Origin: the human T2T-CHM13v2.0 reference genome, Homo sapiens
Assembly: GCF_009914755.1 (NCBI RefSeq)
Contig: NC_060929.1
Length of the DNA stretch: 64,000 bases
Reading direction: 5' to 3' (one strand)
Positions 16,209 through 32,755 of the stretch are shown one piece after another (position 1 is the first letter of the stretch; every line of letters begins with the position of its first letter). The notes beneath the pieces are model-generated. The model did not search any database. It saw nothing but the letters and a program-made list of their open reading frames with translations, and was not told where the DNA came from. A program made the position numbers and the translations under genes.

Positions 16209-17084
16209 ATTAGTTGAAATCTGATTAGAATTTGCTGTGTTTGAACTATAGGTTTGTAACTTTGATTAAATTCAGCATTTCTAAGTGATTAAGTAAATGA
16301 AATAAATGCTGGAATTTCTGAAAAAGCAATTATAATCAAGGAAAACATTTTTCACCTAGTTCTTCAAGATAAAATGGCAATATTGGAGTTATTCCAATTA
16401 CAATAGTTCAAGAAAAAATCCTGATTGCTATCTCTTGTATTGGGTGGTAATACCACATAAGAATACTTCAGACAGTGGAAATACAATAGTAGGAGCAAAG
16501 AGTATGCAAATAAAAACCTCGGTAGCAAATTTTTGGAATGAAGTTTATTTGCTCTGTGCAGAAATGCTTCTACATTTTTAAAAAATTTGAACATATGTGC
16601 AAACAGACACCAACTTAAGGTACTGAAAAAGATAATGAAGTTAATAAAGGAACAAGAGTTTGGTAGTTCTATGTTTGATAATATAATTTTGGAGGTTTAA
16701 TTTGATTTTTCTAAAAATTGTGCTTTCATATTAACATCTTATTATTTATCATTCTTCATTCTGCAAGTGTACTATGTTCCAGTAAAAGGCTTCACGTGCA
16801 TCTATTATTGATGGGAGTATAAACACAACCATTCTGGAAGACAATTTTACTGGGACTCTCAACTTTTCAAATGCACATGCCTTTTGTTCCAACAATTCCA
16901 CCTCTAATTTGGTCTTTCATAACTTATTTGCACATGTGCATAATGTTAGGTGTACAGATTTTTTCACTGGAATGTTTTTTAACAGCAAAGAGCTAGCAAT
17001 AACATTTAGACCTATCAATAGGGAACTTGTTAGATATATGAAGTTGCATGCTATGGACATGGGTTTCTATTATTTTCATTATCT

Positions 17085-17205
17085 TATTTTTTAAAATTTT
17101 AGATTCAGGGCGTACATGTGCTTGTTTGTCACATGGGTATATGGCATACTGGTGGGGACTGGGTTTCTAGTGTACTCATTGCCCAAATAGTAAAGATTGT
17201 ACACA
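17085..17205 (-). mobile_element. Short L1PA/L1PB 3'-end fragment
   Basis: ttttagattcaggg-gtacatgtgc...acatgggtatat...cccaaatagt pattern. Confidence 0.65.
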
Positions 17206-17577
17206 CATTTTCATCATTTTATTCTCTACTCTTGTCTGGATGTTGAATATTTTGTAATATGAATACTCTTAAAAAGTAAAAAAAACATGTGATGGATTGA
17301 GTCTATGAAATTCCACACCACTCTAAAAGAATAGTGTAAATCTATGTCCATTCACTTGAAATTATTTCAATGATAGGTTGCTAAGCAAGTCACAGAACAT
17401 ACATAGTATGATCGAGTCACATAAACAAAAAATCAAACATATGTAGGGAAGGAATGGGGTGAGTATGGAAAGAGATCTGCAAGATATGCACCAAATTATT
17501 TATTATGGCTGCCTTTTGGGTTTGAGATTGGTGTGGGGAGAGGCAGTATATTAAGATTTTGACTTTTTACTTTATGA

Positions 17578-17908
<331 letters not shown>

Positions 17909-18739
17909 GCATGCATTACTTTTGTTTTGCTTTTTATAAAAATAATGAAAGGAGGAAAAATAAGGGGCTCTAGTAATTTGTCAGCCTACATTTTTTCTAA
18001 AATGAATTAGTTTTAGAAATTCAGATGAAAATTTAGAATAAAATAACTTGTCAGATTTAGAAAATCAGATGTACATACTATTGTAACTGAGAGGACATGT
18101 GGAAATAATTTGAAGAAGTGGACTAAGCATCTACATTTATATCTTATTCTGTTATGATTATAGCATTGATGTAGTAATTGTTTATATAAGTTACATACAT
18201 TGACTCAAGTGTTGTTAATAAAACTAATAAATCAACCATTAAGAAGCACCTACATATAATTTACGTTGCTTAAATTTAAACTGGATTTCAATTAAATACA
18301 GTGGACACTAGACAAGAAATTCCAGTTGTAACTGAGAAGGTAATTTTGTCCAATTTCAGACAAGAGGATAACTTCTGAGGTTGGTTGGCTTTTCTTTCAT
18401 ACATTGATAGGTAATAGTTTTAACCTGCATTTTACCTGTCAGAGATGTTGTTAATGGCAGGATCATGTAGGATCATGTCTTATTCATCTACCTCCACCTA
18501 GCTCAGACTCTGATACATAGAAGTGCTCAATACTTCATTAAGTTGGTTTTTTTCCCCTGCTATTATAAGTTGCATTTTAAATCTTCTCACATGAATTCTT
18601 TTTAAAGGACATTTGATCCAAAATCCTATAATAATACATTGTAAATTAACACTGATTTTGACCTAAAATTTTTTAAATTCTGAATCCTGAAGTTTTCTTT
18701 ATAGCCAAATTACAAATTTGGTTAATCCAGGGTAAAAGA

Positions 18740-19220
18740 CCTCATTTCATACTAATGATGCTGCCGCCTCACTCTCTATTCTCCAACCACACTTGCCTTC
18801 TTCCAGGCTCTTGTACACATCAAGCTCATCACCAGCACAGGGCCATTTCATTGGTTTTCCTTTGTTCCCAGACTTCCACATGGCTAATGCCTTTATATAA
18901 TTCAGGCCTGAACAGAAACATCACTTCCTTAGTGAAATTATTAATCAATTTAAAGTAGCTCTCAACACTCCCAGCCCAATTCCTACCCTTTCTAGTCTCT
19001 CTTGTTATGTAACCCTGTCTCACTGTTTTCAAAGCCTTCATCAATTACCTGAAATTATCTCGTTCATTTATTTGGCTCCTTTTATATTGACTCTCTCCCC
19101 TTCTTCCCTGATTGGAGGTAAATTCTATCACAGTGGAGGCCTTTCCTGTATTGTTCACTTTTGGATCTCCCATGCCTAGAATACTGAGTGTTCTACTCAC
19201 AGAGGGCATTCAAAAAATCT
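18740..19220. mobile_element. L2 fragment
   Basis: Degenerate L2 3'-region motifs (ctccaaccacact..., ttgttcact...tgcctagaa). Confidence 0.55.
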
Positions 19221-19552
19221 GAGAATGCATATAGTAAATATGAAACAGCAAGTGCATGTCTGCACTGATCCCTTCCTTGGCTCCTTGAATTATTCCTGTC
19301 ATAGCAAATACTTGATATTTCTAAATGATACACCCAACTTCCTCTAAAATCACTGAATTAACAGACCATAGCATACAATTTCATCAGTTTCCTCAATTAT
19401 AAAACTGTTATACTACTATGCACCTACTTCAGAAGGTTGTCACGAAAATTAAGAAAGAACAGCAAATCCATGTTGTGTGGATGCAGAGGGCTCAGTTGGC
19501 TTACTGGCAAAATGCATGATATAAATATCTATACAAAAAAGGTATCAACTAA

Positions 19553-19850
19553 GGCCAAGCGCAGTGGCTCACGCCTGTAATCCTAACACTTCGGAAGGCC
19601 AAGGTGGGTAGATCATTTGAGCCCAGGAGTTCAAGACCAGCCTGGGAAACATGGGGAGACCCTGTCTCTACAAAAAATACAAAAATCAGCCGGGCATGAT
19701 GGCACATGTCTGTAATCTCAGCTACTTGGGGACTGAGGCAGGAGGATTGCTTGAGCCCAGGAGGTTGAGGCTACGGTAAGCCAAGATTGTGCCACCACAC
19801 TTCAGCCTGGGCAACAGAGTGAGATCGTGTCTCCCAAAAAATTAAAATAT
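19553..19850 (+). mobile_element. AluJ
   Basis: Full Alu; TSD AAGGTATCAACTA at 19539-19551 and 19851-19863. Confidence 0.94.
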
Positions 19851-19949
19851 AAGGTATCAACTACTATTTCAAACCATGCATTTTGAGTGGGGTTGGGAGT
19901 AATGGCTGGTAGAATAAAAAATGTGCTGGTTATCAAAAAGTGTAAGACA

Positions 19950-20260
19950 GGCTAGTCACAGTGGTTCGCACCTGTAATCCCAGCACTTTGGGAAGCTAAG
20001 GTAGGAGGATGACTTGAGGCCAGAAGTTCAAGACCAGCCTAGGAAACATCGACAGACATTATCTCTACCAAAAATTAAAAATTAAGAAATTAACCAGGCA
20101 TGGTGGCATGCCCTTGTAATCCCAACGACTTGGGAGACTGAAGCAGGGAGATCGCATGAGCCCAGGAGTTTGGTGTTACAATGAACTATGATCATGTCAC
20201 TGCACTACAGCCTGGATGATAGAGCAAGACCCTCATTTAAAAACAACAACAACAAAAACA
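19950..20260 (+). mobile_element. AluJ
   Basis: Diverged full Alu with (AAC)n tail. Confidence 0.9.
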
Positions 20261-22316
20261 ATGAAGTATGACAAAATAAGTGATAAGCTTCCTTTAATAC
20301 ATGATCTCTTAATGTACACCCAGCTTGGTGAGCAGTGTACCCTTGAAGAAAAGCTGAGTCTGTCTTCACTCAGGAAAGTAGACGTGGTTCATAAAAGATG
20401 AGAGTGGAAGGCACAACAAAGTTACTTGAGTAATTCTACTTCCAAATGTGAAAACCACATTATCTACATCATGGACTAAGTTTCTACCACCAAATGAAAC
20501 AATGAATATTGAGCAAAGTCAATATGACTTGCATTTTAAAATAACTAAATTTCCTGACTAATTCAAATGAAAGTATGATCAGAGAAGACTATTTCATTTG
20601 TATTATATAGGCAAATCTATAGCTCTATAGCTTAAAAAGATAAATCAGAGAAACATTCTGATGTTAGCTATGACAAATGTGTCATCAAACCCGAGTGGCA
20701 AATAGGGAATGGTATGGCAGACCAAGTTAAAAGGTGATTTGGTATCATATGTCCTGGACAAGATGAATGTCAAAATAGTGTACCTTGGCAGAGTGTTTAA
20801 TAGGAAAAAATGAATGCCCATGCTCCAAAGGCTCCACAGCCAAAATGGAGTAGTCCATTTTAATTTTCAGAGGAATTTGGTGAACAAATGACTGGATATC
20901 CACCAAACCTTGATGCTAATGAAAAATACAGTGCATTCTGAGAAAATCAATATATAGTTTGCCTGAAGGTATCCCAAAGGAAACATTCAGTTATTGAGGT
21001 TTAAAATATGTTAGCCCCAGAATAATAAAATTCTTGAATTGCAGGCGTTTGCAAGAACAGCAAAGGGGTTAAAGACATTTTATATTTTATCAAAGCTTTA
21101 AAACTGCTGTGCAGAGTTTTCATGCATTTCATATTTTTTCCTTGCTGCTGCTTCATGCAAAAGCCTTCACCAATTCCTGAGAGCTTTGCTCTACTGTTTA
21201 GACCTTCTTAATTTGTTCTTCAAATAAAATATCCTCAGTCCCACTCCTACCTGGCTTCCACAGGTTCACAGGGTTACTAAAGATTGGGTTGGAGGAATTG
21301 GGAGCACATCCTGAGGAACAGATATTTGTCACAATGTCTCAGGATTGTTTGTTGTTTTGTTTTATTTCGTTTTTGGAAAATAAATACTTTTTCAGCCAAA
21401 CCACTTTGGGCTTTAATTTTGTTTATAAATCTTATTTTGTTCAATGACATGAAGAAAAATAGGGAATTCTCTATTTAAAAAAAATAAATGCAAGAAAAAT
21501 GTCAAGATGCAAATATAAAAGGCTCAGACGGTCTCTGTAAGAAACAAACAAACAAACAAACAAACAAAAAACCCTGAACTATAGGTTGGCAATTTAGCAG
21601 CTCAGTTTGTAGTAAATGATGATGTTAATTCAGATAGTAATCTAATTTGACCCTAGCAGTCTACACTTATGAGTTAATTCTTCAGTAATTGTTCAATAAT
21701 CGTGAATTGAAGTCCTTCTTAGAGAGGTAAATAAGTATTTTGGACATAAATCAGACAAGGTAGTTTGATACATGCAACATACTACATTTCCCTTCTTTTA
21801 CCAAGTTACAAAACTATCAGTAGTTTGTCAAAGGGATGATTGAAGAAAAGCATTTGCCAAAAACTAATTTTACAGAACAATACTAAATGCAGTACAGAAG
21901 TATTTAAAAGTAGTATCAATTTAATAAACATTTTTCTTCGGATTAAAAAAGTATTTGAGCATACTGACAAGTACATTTTTGTCTTCTCCTGCAAATACTA
22001 CTGAACTTGCTCTAATATTGGTAATGAGAATAACCATGTAAGAAGGTTTTTACAAAGTTAGCTTCATAATTATCTTTTAGTAATCACTTATAGCCTTTTG
22101 ATCCATTGAGTCACAAACAGAAGCATTGGGATGGGATTTTCATATTCAGAATTCATCACAAAGAAACATCTTATAATTTATTTTGTCAGTGTAGCTCTAA
22201 GTCACTTATTCCTATCCTTTATTTTTGAACTCTTCGGAATGTTCCCAAGTTCGTTGGTACCATGAAAATTTCTTACATTTTCAAAACAAAATTTTTGTTC
22301 ATTCTAAGAAAAAAAA

Positions 22317-22382
22317 GACTGGGCGCGGTGGCTCATGCCTGTAATCCCAGCACTTTGGGAGGCTGAGGCAGGTGGATCACCC
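22317..22382 (+). mobile_element. Alu 5' fragment (~65 bp)
   Basis: Near-consensus Alu start that ends abruptly after GGATCAC. Confidence 0.88.
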
Positions 22383-24672
22383 AAGTAGTAGGAAAATATT
22401 TGCCATCCTCTGGTAGGTTTCATCAGTAAATCACCTACAGATGATATGAGGAGTGAACTCCTAAGTTGTATATCCCTCATATATGTGATGCTGAAATTGC
22501 GTTGAAATTTGTCCCTGAGATTTGTGCTGTTCTTTAGAAACTATGATAGCAAAAAATAGCACAAGATTCCCAGTCTTAATCCAATTGAAAATCTTACTTG
22601 AATTCGAGTCCACTCACTATGGTTTAGTTTAATACTATCAGTGAATGAAACAAAATATGACCATTTCTTTGGCAATTTTCAAAAAGAACTTCACTAAATA
22701 CTTAAGAGAATAAAAAGAAAATTAACAAAAGACTATAATTGCCATGAACCCATGCAAATTATAACAGCTTCTGAATGATTTTTTTATTGCAGAAGAACTT
22801 CTTGTTATCTTACTTAGTCATTTAGGCTACATTAATCCATTTTCTCTCAGAAAAAAATATAATAAATGAAGTACATCAATATTGTAAAATATCAGCACTG
22901 AAAATTATCATAATGAAGACAAAAGTAAACTTTGACATGAAATGTGAATTTTTTTAAAAAATCTAATATAGATGTAATAAGAAATAGTAAGAAATCTACA
23001 TGTTTTTATAGAATACATAAAAGTTTATAGTAAACATATATAACTTTTCATGAGTATTTAATACATATCATAGTATTACATAGAATACTACCTGGTTATA
23101 AAGTTGCTGCTTTCTGCCACATTAATGAATGACTATGACCTGGTATATATTTAAAAGGTAGCACTGCGTAATGGAAAGAACTGCTTTGAGAGCAAATACA
23201 TCCGTGCTAGATATGACCACTTTCTAGTGGTATGGTAATGGACAAATTGTTTTTATTTCTATGAGGTTACTGTAAGGATTAAATAAGACAAAATATGCAA
23301 AACACTTGGTTCAGAGTCAGCTTCTAGCAATCAACAGTGTTTGTCTCATTTGCAACTCTCTTTCCTTAGGATGCATAGACATTTATTCCATTTTTTAAGA
23401 TATTAACAACTAACCAATACAGTTGATGGTTTTGACAGACACCTATATTTTTAGAACAATGTCACACAATCTTCAGTGAATATCACAATCTAGCCTGAAC
23501 CTGGCCATATCTGTCAAAGATAAACATTTTTTTTCAGAGCATGTTTGTTTGTTCATTAGACAAAAAAAATTAAGACCAACCTGTTAGTGGTTTTTGGAGT
23601 TAATGCTTTGATTTCTATCATGTCTATTTTTTATAACCTGTTAACTCATTTATTTCAAAAAATTGTATAAACAAAATTCAATCATAAATATAATAAAATA
23701 TTGTGATTTTAATAACTTCTAGAAGATATCTTCATATAATTAAACAATATTTTTAAGGTATTAGGAAGGGATACATAAGTAAAATGCACTGAACAATTCA
23801 GTTGTCAATTAAAATCATTTTACAATTCAATGCTTGACTTGAAGCTAAATAATACTATTATAGAAAAGCAAATAAAGTTTCAAGTAATACTATGTAGAAG
23901 AAAGTAACACTCAGATCCAAAAATACTGTGAACTCTAAGTTAGTCTTATTTATTTACCTCAAAAGTCCCCCGATAGAATACTGAATTCAGAATAACATTG
24001 CGGATGAAGTTCTCAGTGTTTGCTTATTTTTTAAAATTATGACAGAGTTTTTCTGATCTTTCAATACTACAATCATTTTTTGCCCCAGCAATCCTTTTCT
24101 AGTTCTTAAAATACTCTGTGGAATGTACAATAAGGTTAAACATAACATTCTATCTTTGAGGTTTTCCTTGGGCAGAAGAAGAAATTTAAAAATATTACTT
24201 TTATATATTATGGCCTGAAGAAAGCCTAACAGCCAAAACATCACCTTTAACTCAGTTTCTATTTTTGAGTAGTTTATCAACCAACCCCCTCCTTCATTCT
24301 TTGGTCTAAAAACTGTTATGGGATTCACTGTCAGTATTTTAAATAGATTCTGGCTCTTTAGGGTCTCATTACAAAGTCTCTCAATATTACAAACCTTTTT
24401 TCCTCCTCATTGTACAATAGCAAATGAATGCTTAGTCCAGTTGCAGAAAAGACAGCATAACTGGCTATTTATTTAGGTTCAAAATTTAAGATTCACTTTT
24501 ATGGTATGTGTATTTTCAAACCATTCACTTAAAAAGGATATTCTTTCTATATTAGGTAATAGGCTGGGTCATAACCATATAGATATTCATTAATTCACAA
24601 CATGTCCTAAACCTGGGGTTGTTGTAAAGGTGAATGCACAGACTGCAGTTGGTTTAGAAGTACAAACTTGAA

Positions 24673-26480
<1,808 letters not shown>

Positions 26481-27876
26481 TATCCAACAGGGTGAGGAGA
26501 CCTTGTCTGGAATTCAGGGGATTCTTTGGGCACTTCTTAGGGTTAGCATGTCTAATAGTAAAAGTTAATAAAAAGCTACAATTAAAAAAGGGCAGAATTC
26601 AGACACATCACAAATGAAAATTTGGGTAACTCTGTCATGTAAAGGACTTTGACCAGCTGAGGTCCTGGCTGAGAGAGGGCAAAGGAAACATGGAATAAGT
26701 AATGAGAGAAGGAAGTTATAAACATCAGCTACTGTCTCTGACTAGTTACAAAAATTAAAACAAATTGGCTCTGCACATTTTCTTCCTTCCTTTGATAATT
26801 TGGGAATTATAACTCTAGGCCATTGGTTCAGTGAATTGAGAAACCCAAAATAGCCAGGTGAAATTCACACCTTTAATTCAATGAAACCATATGGATCCTG
26901 TGATGAAGACCTTCCTTCCTTAGGAAGCATGAACTCCAAACCCAAGGCTGTGGAAACAGAAAGCAAAAATTCTGGAAGTGGGTTTTAACTGTAATTGTAA
27001 GAGGAGCCACTCCTACTTCCAACCCTGAATTCCCAGACCCATATATTCTGGCTATGGAGATAAAGCAACATATTTTGATCTTTGATTCAAAGCACATACT
27101 TCATTCCCTAAGGTAAAGCCCCATCCTTCAGGGTGTTGTCTCTCATCTGAAGTCTAATTTAGCCTTTAGGAGGCCATTCCACTTTTATTGGGCCAACTGT
27201 TTCTAGATGATGGGATATATGGTAAGATCATTGAGTCCTTGGACATGAGACCATTCCTGCAATTATTTTGCTATGAAATGAATTCCTTTTGATAGGAAGA
27301 ATGTTATACAGAATACCATGAGCATGAATACCATGAAGGCATTCTCTAAGACCAGGTTTGGTGGTGCTGGCAAAGGAACTAAATCTATACCCAGAATGCA
27401 TTTCTTATTCCAGTGAGGACAAAATCAGAAACAACACTGAGTCTTTGGGGAGAACCAGCCACCCTGGTTCTGACTGGTGACTGTTGCTTCCATCTGATGT
27501 TAGCATATTAAGCAATCGGCAGTAGTGGTAACCAGATCAGCCTCAGAGAGGGAAAGATGTTGAGTCCATGCTGAGCTTCCATTCCTACCACCATGGCCAC
27601 CTTGTATATCGACTGATTGAGTAAGAACCAGGACGGCTAGGGAAAGAGGCTGTCTGACATCCAGACAATAAATGAGTAAATCTATCCATGTGATTACTGA
27701 GTGTTCTCTGCAGTGGATAATTTTTTACGAGCATTCATGTGGGACATAAATATCTTCATACCCTGTAACTATTTGAAAGGTACCTCTTCCCCAGACTTCC
27801 TTGTCCTGTTCTTTCTGAGTTTCTGATCATCTGATCAAACCATTAGCAACTGCTCATAAATTCATGTAGATATGTA

Positions 27877-28265
27877 TCTTATGGGTGTAATTGTGTCTCC
27901 TCAAAATTCATATGTTGAAGTCCTAAGCCCTAGTACCTCAGAATGTAACTGCATTTGGAGATAGGGCCCTTAAAGAGATAATTAGGGTAAACTGAGGTCA
28001 TATGGGTGGGCCTTAACCCAATATGACTGGTGTTGTTCTAAGAAGAGGATATTAGGAAAAAGACAAACACAAAGGAAAGACCATATAAATGTACAAGGAG
28101 AAGATAGCCATCTATCAGTCATGGAGAGAGACCTTGGAAGAAACCAATGCTGTTGACACCTCCATCCTGGACTTCTAGTCTCCAGAACTGTAAGGAAATA
28201 AATTTCTGTTGTTTAAGCCACCCGGTCTGTAGTACTGCAATATGGCAGCCTTAATAAACTACACC
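27877..28265 (+). mobile_element. MLT1B-like MaLR solo LTR inserted in the ERVL
   Basis: caaaattcatatgttgaagtcctaa...gtacctcagaatgt...ttctagtctccagaactgtaag-aaataaatttctgttgtttaagccaccc. Confidence 0.85.
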
Positions 28266-29288
28266 AGTGTAGTTCTACTCATCTCTCAAGTCAGACAAAA
28301 TGGACAGCCTAATGGACGGCTTGAAATTCTGCCTACTAGAAAGATTGCCTTTCGTTAAATATTCCTGTAGATCAAAACATTCTAATTACCACTATGTCGC
28401 TGCAGCCCTTAACAACAAATATGCCCAACCTGTTTTTGGAAATTAAGTGCTGCCATTTGACCGAAAGAAGACAATTACCAGAAAGCTGTTCAAGGATGCA
28501 GGTGCTCCTTTCACTAATGCACTTCTTTAAGCCTTTGTAAAGTGAGTGTCCTCTGGGCTGTCTGAGGTGATGTAGTTAGGTAATAGCTATGCACAACATG
28601 CATAAGTCCACTCCAATATTCCTGTCATCATAAACCTTTGGCTTCTACTATTCCAAAGAAATTCTGGCATATTTTCCTCATTATATATATAGGCCACCAT
28701 TGAGTCTAACTTTTAGTCAACCAAACAAATAAATGGTTAGAGTCACTTCCAGCTGCACAAGCTAATGCATTAAATTCAGAATATCTAGTAAGAGTATCCA
28801 TATCAATAAATGTGGCCCAACCCAATGTTATAGTACTTCTTCCTTGGTCCAATACTCTTAAGAATTCATTCCTGGCTGTATTTCCCAGATTTCATCCAAC
28901 ACATATCAGCAAAATTTTGCAGTTCTCTTAGCACATAAGCTATTTCCTCCTTGCTGAAACTTCAGACTTGTATTCCTGGAGCGTACTGAGATATGACCCT
29001 AGTAATGAGTCTAGTGACAACAAAGAATGGTTGGGGTGGGTCTTGAGAAGAATGGCATTCCCTTGCAAAGCAACTGCCCAGGGTAGGGTTATCAGAGGAT
29101 TTTCAATAGGGGATGGCTAGTCTTAGACATGAAAAGACAATTTCCTTCCATTAACAATGCCTTCACCCCCCATTTCAGAATCCCACATCTTCCAATTGAT
29201 GCCCTTACTTTTATGGGACAGACTTGGCAAAACCGTGAATTCAACTTATGTTAGAATTGTGTAGTCTGCATAATTAAATTTGGTGTTA

Positions 29289-29518
29289 AATTTTCAGCAA
29301 TATAGGTTTGGTTGCTACAAGAAATAAGGTTATTTTAAGGCTAATATAGAAGCTCTCAGGTTCTCTCACCATGTTTTAAACCAAGAGTTAGAAACCTGTG
29401 CTTAATTTTCAGCAATATAGATGTGGTTGCTACGAGAAATAAGGTTATTTTAAGGCCAAAATAGAAGCTCTCAGGTTCTCTCACCATGTTTTAAACCAAG
29501 AGTTAGAAACCTGCGCTT
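29289..29518. repeat. 115-bp tandem duplication (2 copies)
   Basis: 29289-29403 vs 29404-29518, about 6 mismatches. Confidence 0.95.
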
Positions 29519-32324
29519 CTCATTTGCTTTCTGGAAATTTCCAGGTCATTCAAAAGAATTCATCCCATACCAAGGTCCTTTTAGTCATTAACATAGCCAT
29601 AGTGGCCAAGAGTGGCACCTGCTTAGTCTCCCAAAATGCTTGTCTCAGAAGGTACTTAATTACAGTCAACTATAGGTGATAATTTGATTAATTTTGATGT
29701 TACTACATGCCATGGGTTACCAGCATCTCATATCCTATTGGTACAAATTTCAGCATTTTATTCAAGCCTAAGGACATTTCCAAACCAACCCCAAATCCCA
29801 TTTTTATAAAATACCCTCAAAATCATTCTACTTTATTTAGACTTTCTTTAGTATATATCCAACTCATTTCCTAGCCTGTAAAATATGATTGGTACCAATA
29901 ATTGTATAAGAAAGGATGACCAGTAATAAATTGCAAAAATGTTTTCAAATGTGATAAACTCTCATGTGAATCACTGAAAAAAGCATCTTTCTTACTTTGT
30001 AGTAAGTCTGGTATAGTGATTGGGAGCTAACATTTAAATGATAAATCTAATGCTTATTTCAAACCAACAATTGTACACTGCCTCTCAAGGAATTTGTATG
30101 TAGCTAAGCCACAGATTGACTCTGTTCTGATTTTACATGTATTAAGGGCACTGTACAGATACTGAAACCAAATTCCTTAGGAAAAAAGAGAACGTTTTAA
30201 TTTCCACTTTGATTTTGTATAAATTCTTTTTGACTGTCCTAAATGTATAGCTATTTGGGAGAAAATAACAAGGCCTGTAATCTTTTTCATAGCTATCACA
30301 TTATAGTAAACTGATTTTTTTTAATTTCCCTTCTCTCTAATTCCTCGTGGTAGGTAGGAAAAAGAAAGATAATTATCTAGAATTCAACTTTTACTAAATA
30401 GTAAGATGGCAAGCATCAATACTACTTCTAGAACCAAAACAAAATACAAATTACAAAAACTAGTTCTAGAACTGTATCTCTTAAGCACAAAGTGAGGTTG
30501 CAAGACAGATGATGCTTTTCTAAATTTAAACAATGTTCATAAAAGAAAGCTTAACTCTTACAAATCTGTAGATTTTGTTCTGGAACTTAGATATTGAGTA
30601 GATCCAGTTCCCTAAGAGTCATGAATGTCACAGTGTCAACAAAATGTTTCATAGAATATGACTCAGCCATTTAAATGAGTAATGATAAATCAAGTTACAC
30701 TAATTTTTTTGTTCTACTTACTTCAGCCATCACAATAGTAGAAAACAATGGATAATCCCTAATTTGTAAATTGACTCTTTCATTATATCAAGTTATGTTG
30801 TAACAGATTTAGTATAATACATTTGATTAAACATTTCAAGAATGTTGAATCAAACTGATATAATTGACGCATTACGAAATATTAAAATTTCTACATTTAA
30901 GGGCAAGGGATCCATTCAGGAAACAGAATTATGTGATAGAAATAATTGTATAAAAATTGTGTAGTCCAGTGGTTAATTCCGTAGCTACATATTAAATTCA
31001 TGTTGGGAATTATTTTTTGTTTTTTATTTTTAAATGATGAGGCCCTATCTAAATGAGAAACTTTAAGGGTTGAGCTCCAATATTGGTAGTTTCTAAAAGT
31101 TTCTCAACCGGGTATGAGAATTACTCTCACAGGCATCTGTATCAATACAATATTAATCAAAAAATTATATTATTTTCTCAAAGACTTCTTTAAGAAATGA
31201 CTAGTTAAGAAATGAAATGATAATTTGAACTACTATATAATAATCAGCTTCAGAGTGGGCATATTTCCTATCAATTTATCATGTAAGATTTGAAAAATAT
31301 TAAACAATTTTTGCTGTTAAAATTTAAAATTTTATACCTAATTAAAATAAATCTACTCATTAGTACTTTTTTCCTTGTTGTTTTTACTGTTTACATATTT
31401 TTCTTAGTGATTCTTCCACATATTCTAAAAAGTCAGATAAAAATTTAACTAAAATAGACAATCCTTTGATTCATTTATGTATTTATAGGAGGTTTTTAGA
31501 GAATCCTGATAGAGTATTACTCAGTAGTTTAAAAGACTGTGTATTTCACATTTAAACATTGTCAAACATTAAACAGAGTTAAATAAAATAAAAACAATGT
31601 GTGATATCCTGAAAAAATAATCATAGCACTGCATAGCGCTGTAACAAAGAATGAATGGAACTGAATCTTATTTTATGAAGAAAGCCTTCTCTAAGAAGTG
31701 TGTTTTTAAAAACTGAAAGCAACTGTTATTTATGGATAACTCATTTTAAAGTTAAAATCACTGTGATATTCCAAAAGTTAAAAAATTAACTTTTAAAAGT
31801 AACATATTAAAATATTAGACATAAAATGTTGACATTACGTATAACAAAACAGTACATTTCAACTATAATTACAGTAAAAATTCAAGAATTAGCATATCTC
31901 CATAAAACTTTTTTAAACTTAGATGTGAACCTTTCTACTCGTAGTATGAGTCAATAAAATCCCTGTCCTGAGGTTCTAATGGGATCTTACCATAAGCCCT
32001 ATCATCATTGCCCCACATCACACTGACCGCAAGATTATTTTATGCTTGATTGGCCTTGGCTCAGGATTCCTATCATAGGAGTAACAAATGGCCTGGCCAT
32101 ACAGATGGAATTTTGTTTTATTATGATTTCAAAGATAAAAGGATCAATTGCTTCCCAAGCTTTCCCCTACTTGATTACCTGAACTTCCACAATTAAAAAC
32201 CTACCTCATAGGTTATCATGAGAGGTTAAATGAGTTAATGTTTATAAAACACACAGAACAGTGAGTGAATGTTAACACAATTTTCATTCCTTCAACCTAC
32301 AGTATGTTTTAAGAAATAAGACAT

Positions 32325-32755
32325 AGCTATGGTTTGAATGCATATGTCCCTGCAAAATTCATATGTTGGAACTTAGACCTCCATGCAATAGTATTAATAC
32401 TATTAAAATAGTATTAATAGTATTAAAATAGACCCCCTATTAAAAAATAGGAGCCTTTTGGGAAGTGATTAAATTATGAGGGCTCCTCCCTCATGAATAG
32501 GATTAATGAGCTTATAAAAGAGGCTTCAGAGAGGTGCCTGCCTTTCCATCCCTTTTCCTCTTCTGCCTTTTCTGCTATGTGAGGACACGCTCAAGAAGAG
32601 GCTATAGATAGGACAAGCCCTCACCAGGAACCGAATCAACTAGCACTGTGATCTTGGACTTCCCAGCCTCCAGAACTGTGAGAAATAAACTTCTATTGTT
32701 TATAAATTACTCAGACTAAGGGATTTTATTATAGCAGCAAGAATAGACTAAGACA
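32325..32755 (+). mobile_element. MST/MLT1A-type MaLR solo LTR
   Basis: gctatggtttgaatg...gactaagaca termini; perfect 5-bp TSD GACAT (32320-32324, 32756-32760). Confidence 0.9.

Larger units (their letters stand above)
26490..29810 (-). mobile_element. Decayed ERVL-class internal region (gag and pol/integrase-end remnants)
   Basis: Minus-strand translation near 28760-28920 gives ILRVLDQGRSTITLGWATFIDMDTLTRYSEFN (ERVL gag-like). ORF 26873-27097 has ARIYGSGNSGLEVGVAPLTIT (ERVL pol C-terminal-like). Boundaries approximate. Confidence 0.75.
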
